A stretch of 20,018 bases of DNA from contig JANPJS010000149.1 in the NCBI GenBank assembly GCA_031425655.1, forward strand, positions 1 to 20,018. Reading direction: 5' to 3'. Positions 16,426 to 20,018 of the stretch are shown one piece after another. This DNA is from Abditibacteriaceae bacterium (GTDB taxonomy: Bacteria; Armatimonadota; Abditibacteriia; Abditibacteriales; Abditibacteriaceae). The position numbers and the translations under genes are program-made. The first letter of the stretch is position 1. Each line of letters begins with the position of its first letter. Below the pieces are notes generated by a model, which was not told where the DNA came from, searched no databases, and was given only the letters and a program-made list of their open reading frames with translations.

Positions 16426-19400
16426 ATGACCATGAACAGACACTTGCGCGCCCTTTGGCGCGCGATGCTGTGGCTTTTAATCTTCGCTGTGCCTTCACAG
16501 GCGCAGCACGAAGGACACGGCGGAGCGCCGCCCGCTACTAATGGAACTTCCGGCGTGCAGGCGATGGCCGGGCCGTATCGCGTGACGCTCCGCAGCGATC
16601 CGCCGGTGGTGCCGGTCGGCAAGGCGACGCTGCTGCTGAAAATCACCGACGCGGCGGGCCAGCCGATTGAAGGCGCGCAGGTGCGCGTGCTGGCGAAGAT
16701 GCCCGCCATGAACATGGGCGAAGTGGAGCAAAGCGCCACGCCCGATTCCCGCGAGGCGGGCTTATATCGCGTGCCCGCCGCCTTTGCGATGGCGGGCGGC
16801 TACGACGTGAAAATCAGCATCAGCGCCGCAGCGGGACAAGCTACAGCGACGATTGCGCTGCAAACCGGACAGAATACCGCTACGGCCCAGAAGCGTTTTT
16901 CGTGGCCGATTATCGTCGGCGCCCTTGTTCTGCTTGGCCTTGCGCTGTTAATTTGGCGTGGCAGGCGCGAAGGCACTTTCAATGTGCGCGCGGCGCTCAA
17001 TCGTCAGACCATCGGTGGCGTTGCCCTCCTGTTGCTCATGCTGGCGATTGCTGTTTATGCGGTGCGAAATTTTCGGCGGCCCGGCGCTATGACGCCAATT
17101 GAAGCGCAGGCCATGCAGATGGAGTTGCCGGCGCCGCCCGGCGTCCTGGCGGTGCAACTGGTCGAGGTTGAAACCGGCGAAGTGCGAAGCAGCGTGCAAT
17201 ACACCGGACAGGCGGCAGGCTTCGCCGAGCAGGACGTAGTGACGCGCGTGGCGGGCAACCTTCTCTGGATGCCGCTTTACGCCGGTGATTCCGTGAAGCG
17301 CGGTCAGCTTTTAGCGCGGCTCGACACCAGCCAATACGACCCGCAGGTGGCCGAGCGCCGCGCGATGGTTGGGCAGGCGCAGCAGCAGGCCGACATCGCC
17401 CGCGTGGAATATCAGCAGGCGTTATCCGGCGTGAATCAGGCGCGTTCCGAAATCGGCTCCAAACGCGGTGCCCTTGACGATGCGCGCGGACAGGATGAGA
17501 AAAGCGCAGCGGAAATCCGCGCCCGTCAGAACATGGCGCAGGATGTTTCCAGCCAGGCGGTGCGCGCCCGCTCCGAAATCACGCGGCGCCGCGCGGCCCT
17601 CGACGAAGCCCGCCACGACGAGGCCAAAGCCAAGTCCGAGGCCCTGACTAAAGCCGGCGCCCTCGAAGACGCGCGAGCCGGCGAGCGCAAGGCCAAAGCC
17701 GCCTCGCAGGAAGCGCAAACCGCGTTGCGCGGCGCGAAGGGCGCCCTCGATGAAGCGCAAAGCGACGTGACGGCGGCGCGCGAAGAAAAGTCCAACGCCG
17801 AGGCTGATGTCGCAGCGGCGCAAACCCAGACCGCCGACGCGCAGGCACAAGTCGAAGCGGCGCAGGCCGATGTGGATTATTGGAAAAACGAGATCGCGCG
17901 CATGACGGCGCTGCTCAAAGAAGGCGCGGTTTCCAAAGAAGAGTTTCAGCGTGAGCAAGCGCAAGCGGCGCAGGCCGCAGCAAAGCTGCGACAAGCGCAG
18001 GCACGAGTCAATCAGGTGCAGGCCGAGATTCGCGGCGCCGAGTCGCGGGTTCGCAAAGCCGACGCCATGATCGCCAGCGCAACAGCCAAAGCCACGCAAG
18101 CACAGGCCGCCATCGAAGGCAGCCAGTCGCGCATTGAGCAGGCGCAGGCCGACATTGCCGGTGCGACGGCGCGCGTGGCGCAAATGCAGGCCGATGTCGA
18201 AGCCGCACAATCCGAAATCAAAAGTGCCGGTTCGCGAGTGCAGCAAGCAAGGGCCGAAATTAAAGGCGCCGAAGCCGAAGCCGGCGGCGCCCTTGCCCGT
18301 GTCCGTGCCTCGCAGGCCGATGTGGACGCCGCACGGGCCGAAGCCAAAGCCGCCGCCGCAAGGGTGCGCCAGAGCGAAGCCGATGTGAGCAGCGCACAAG
18401 CGGCGGCGCGTTCGTCCGAAGCGGCGGCCCGCGCTATGCAGGGCCGTATCGCGGCATCGCAATCGGGCGTGCGCCAAGCCGTCGCTTCGCTCACCAGTGC
18501 CACGACCACGCGCGGCTACACGGAAATCCGCGCGCTCGTGGATGGTGTTGTCACGCAGCGTTTGATTGCGCCGGGCACGCTTGTGCAGCCGGGTCAGGCG
18601 ATTCTTAAAGTCGCGCAAATCAATCCGATTCGCTTGCAGGCCAACGTCGCGGAAGATGACCTAAGTGCTGTCCGTGTCGGCGCCGGGGTGACGGTGCGCT
18701 CCGGGAAAAGCACAATTCAAGCGCGGGTTACCTCCGTCACGCCCGCCGTGGACCCGACTGCCCGCACCGGCACCGTCGAGGCGATTGTGGCGAATCCGCA
18801 AAAGCGCCTATTGCCGGGACAGTTCGTAGAGATGGAAATCTTCACCGGCCAGAAGTTCAACACGGTGCGCGTGCCGTCGCGCGCCGTGCGCCAACGCACG
18901 CCGCCGTCAGGACAGGTGCTTTCCACACAGCCGCAACATCTGGTATGGCTGGCGGAACCGGCTTCAGACGGCCAGTTCACGGTGCGCGCCACACCCGTCC
19001 GCGTTGGGCTTGCCTCCGATGACAAAACCGAAGTTCTCAGCGGCTTGAAGCCGGGCCAGAAAATCGTGGTTGCGGGTTACCAGTTTCTCAAGGACGGCGA
19101 TACGGTAGCCGCCGGGCCAACGAATGGGCTACCGGGGCCAGCGAAGGCCAGTGAGCATCAGCATGGCGCGATGCCTGAAAGTAGCGCTCAACGGTCCAGC
19201 ATCGCCATCACAGAAAAAGGCTTCGAGCCGGCGCAAATCGAAGTCAAGCGCGGCCAATTGGCGCGCGTGAGTTTCACCCGCAAAACCGATGCGACCTGCG
19301 CCACCGAAGTCGTGTTTCCCTCGCTGAATATCAAAAAGTCGTTGCCACTCAATCAGCCGGTGACGATTGAATTTACGCCGCGTAAGGCAGAGACGCCGTT

Positions 19401-19446
19401 CGCCTGCGGCATGAAGATGTTCAAGGGCAAGGTCGTGGCGCAGTGA
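16426..19446 (+). CDS. RND efflux periplasmic adaptor (MFP) with N-terminal YtkA-like domain, two TM helices, a very long coiled coil and a C-terminal cupredoxin domain
   Basis: Lipoyl halves (GDSVKRGQLLARLD; IRALVDGVVTQRLIAPGTLVQPGQAIL), beta-barrel (PAVDPTARTG..NPQKRLLPGQFV), membrane-proximal domain (EVLSGLKPGQKIVVAG) and tail GFEP..C..FTP..FACGMKMFKGKVV. The start is 16426 or 16432. Confidence 0.88.
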   Translation: MTMNRHLRALWRAMLWLLIFAVPSQAQHEGHGGAPPATNGTSGVQAMAGPYRVTLRSDPPVVPVGKATLLLKITDAAGQPIEGAQVRVLAKMPAMNMGEVEQSATPDSREAGLYRVPAAFAMAGGYDVKISISAAAGQATATIALQTGQNTATAQKRFSWPIIVGALVLLGLALLIWRGRREGTFNVRAALNRQTIGGVALLLLMLAIAVYAVRNFRRPGAMTPIEAQAMQMELPAPPGVLAVQLVEVETGEVRSSVQYTGQAAGFAEQDVVTRVAGNLLWMPLYAGDSVKRGQLLARLDTSQYDPQVAERRAMVGQAQQQADIARVEYQQALSGVNQARSEIGSKRGALDDARGQDEKSAAEIRARQNMAQDVSSQAVRARSEITRRRAALDEARHDEAKAKSEALTKAGALEDARAGERKAKAASQEAQTALRGAKGALDEAQSDVTAAREEKSNAEADVAAAQTQTADAQAQVEAAQADVDYWKNEIARMTALLKEGAVSKEEFQREQAQAAQAAAKLRQAQARVNQVQAEIRGAESRVRKADAMIASATAKATQAQAAIEGSQSRIEQAQADIAGATARVAQMQADVEAAQSEIKSAGSRVQQARAEIKGAEAEAGGALARVRASQADVDAARAEAKAAAARVRQSEADVSSAQAAARSSEAAARAMQGRIAASQSGVRQAVASLTSATTTRGYTEIRALVDGVVTQRLIAPGTLVQPGQAILKVAQINPIRLQANVAEDDLSAVRVGAGVTVRSGKSTIQARVTSVTPAVDPTARTGTVEAIVANPQKRLLPGQFVEMEIFTGQKFNTVRVPSRAVRQRTPPSGQVLSTQPQHLVWLAEPASDGQFTVRATPVRVGLASDDKTEVLSGLKPGQKIVVAGYQFLKDGDTVAAGPTNGLPGPAKASEHQHGAMPESSAQRSSIAITEKGFEPAQIEVKRGQLARVSFTRKTDATCATEVVFPSLNIKKSLPLNQPVTIEFTPRKAETPFACGMKMFKGKVVAQ

Positions 19447-20018
19447 AAATCAATTTCGGCGCCGCGCGGCCTTCGATTCAGCGTTGGTCCATCGAGCATC
19501 CCTACACGGTCATCGCGTTTTACGTCGCGGTGGTGGCACTGGCGTTTATCGCCATTACGCAGCAGGTGCCGCGCCGCTTCGCGCCTTACATTGAAAGCCC
19601 GCTCGTCGGCGTGGTCACCACGATGCCGGGCCTCTCGGCACAGGAGATGGAAACCTATATCTCCAAGCCGATTGAGGAGCAATTGGTCAACATCAAAGGT
19701 TTGCGTTACATTCGCTCCACCTCGCAGGACGGCTTTTCGATTGTCTCCATCGAGTTTGAATACGGGACAGACATCCGCAAGGCGATTTTCGATGTGCAGG
19801 CACTGATGAACGTCATTCAATCGAGCCTGCCCATTACCGGCTCGAATCTGAAACCTTCGTGGGTTGTGCCGATTGACCCGCTGAATATCCCGATTCTCTC
19901 GCTGAGTTTGCGCGGCGACCCGGCGCAGGGCTGGGACATGGCGAAGGTGCGGGAGTTCGCCGACAACACCGTCGTCAACCGCCTGAAAACTGTGCCCAAC
20001 GTGTATTCGATTGTGCCG
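19443..20018 (+). CDS. RND efflux permease (AcrB/CusA/CzcA family), 5' part only
   Basis: GTGA overlap with the adaptor stop. Manual translation: MKINFGAARPSIQRWSIEHPYTVIAFYVAVVALAFIAITQQVPRRFAPYIESPLVGVVTTMPGLSAQEMETYISKPIEEQLVNIKGLRYIRSTSQDGFSIVSIEFEYGTD..., open to the window end. Confidence 0.92.
   Translation, partial: MKINFGAARPSIQRWSIEHPYTVIAFYVAVVALAFIAITQQVPRRFAPYIESPLVGVVTTMPGLSAQEMETYISKPIEEQLVNIKGLRYIRSTSQDGFSIVSIEFEYGTDIRKAIFDVQALMNVIQSSLPITGSNLKPSWVVPIDPLNIPILSLSLRGDPAQGWDMAKVREFADNTVVNRLKTVPNVYSIVP

Noticed and set aside
17422..18618. 398-aa and 165-aa antisense ORFs; possible DNA tandem repeat
   Set aside because: These are shadow frames of the GC-rich Ala/Gln coiled coil. 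The periodicity is at protein level and I saw no exact nucleotide repeat unit.
1..20018. Alternative genetic code (TGA = Trp) to explain the split thioredoxin
   Set aside because: TGA is a real stop in many genes here, with start/stop overlaps at 1416-1419, 3292-3295, 11861-11865 and 19443-19446, and Trp is encoded by TGG elsewhere.
1..20018. CRISPR array, tRNA/rRNA, integrase or intact transposase
   Set aside because: I saw no regularly spaced direct repeats, RNA-gene signatures or recombinase ORFs. The three long palindromes are unrelated to each other.

Overview
Bacterial, GC-rich window with two divergent blocks that meet at about 6450. Left block (minus strand, 6357 to <1): a tightly coupled six-gene operon encoding a DUF2911-like exported protein, a large exported PIG-L/LmbE deacetylase with Ig-like and GATase-like domains, a 55-aa single-helix membrane protein, a sodium:solute symporter, a half-size (257 aa) BshC-like protein and a BshB1-like PIG-L deacetylase. 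It looks like a bacillithiol-type thiol synthesis/salvage locus. Right block (plus strand, about 6450 to >20018): a copper/heavy-metal cluster. It contains a broken TolC/RND-adaptor remnant, a His/Met-rich lipoprotein, a cupredoxin, csoR with two operators, copA, a membrane-anchored metal-binding protein, a thioredoxin split by an in-frame TGA and a Cys-motif BNR beta-propeller. These are followed by a Cys-rich leader ORF ending in RAPP whose last codons can base-pair with the next gene's RBS, two tandem YtkA-like proteins, a 1006-aa RND adaptor with a very long coiled coil and fused YtkA and cupredoxin domains, and the start of an RND permease. All family assignments come from motif recognition by eye; no searches were run.
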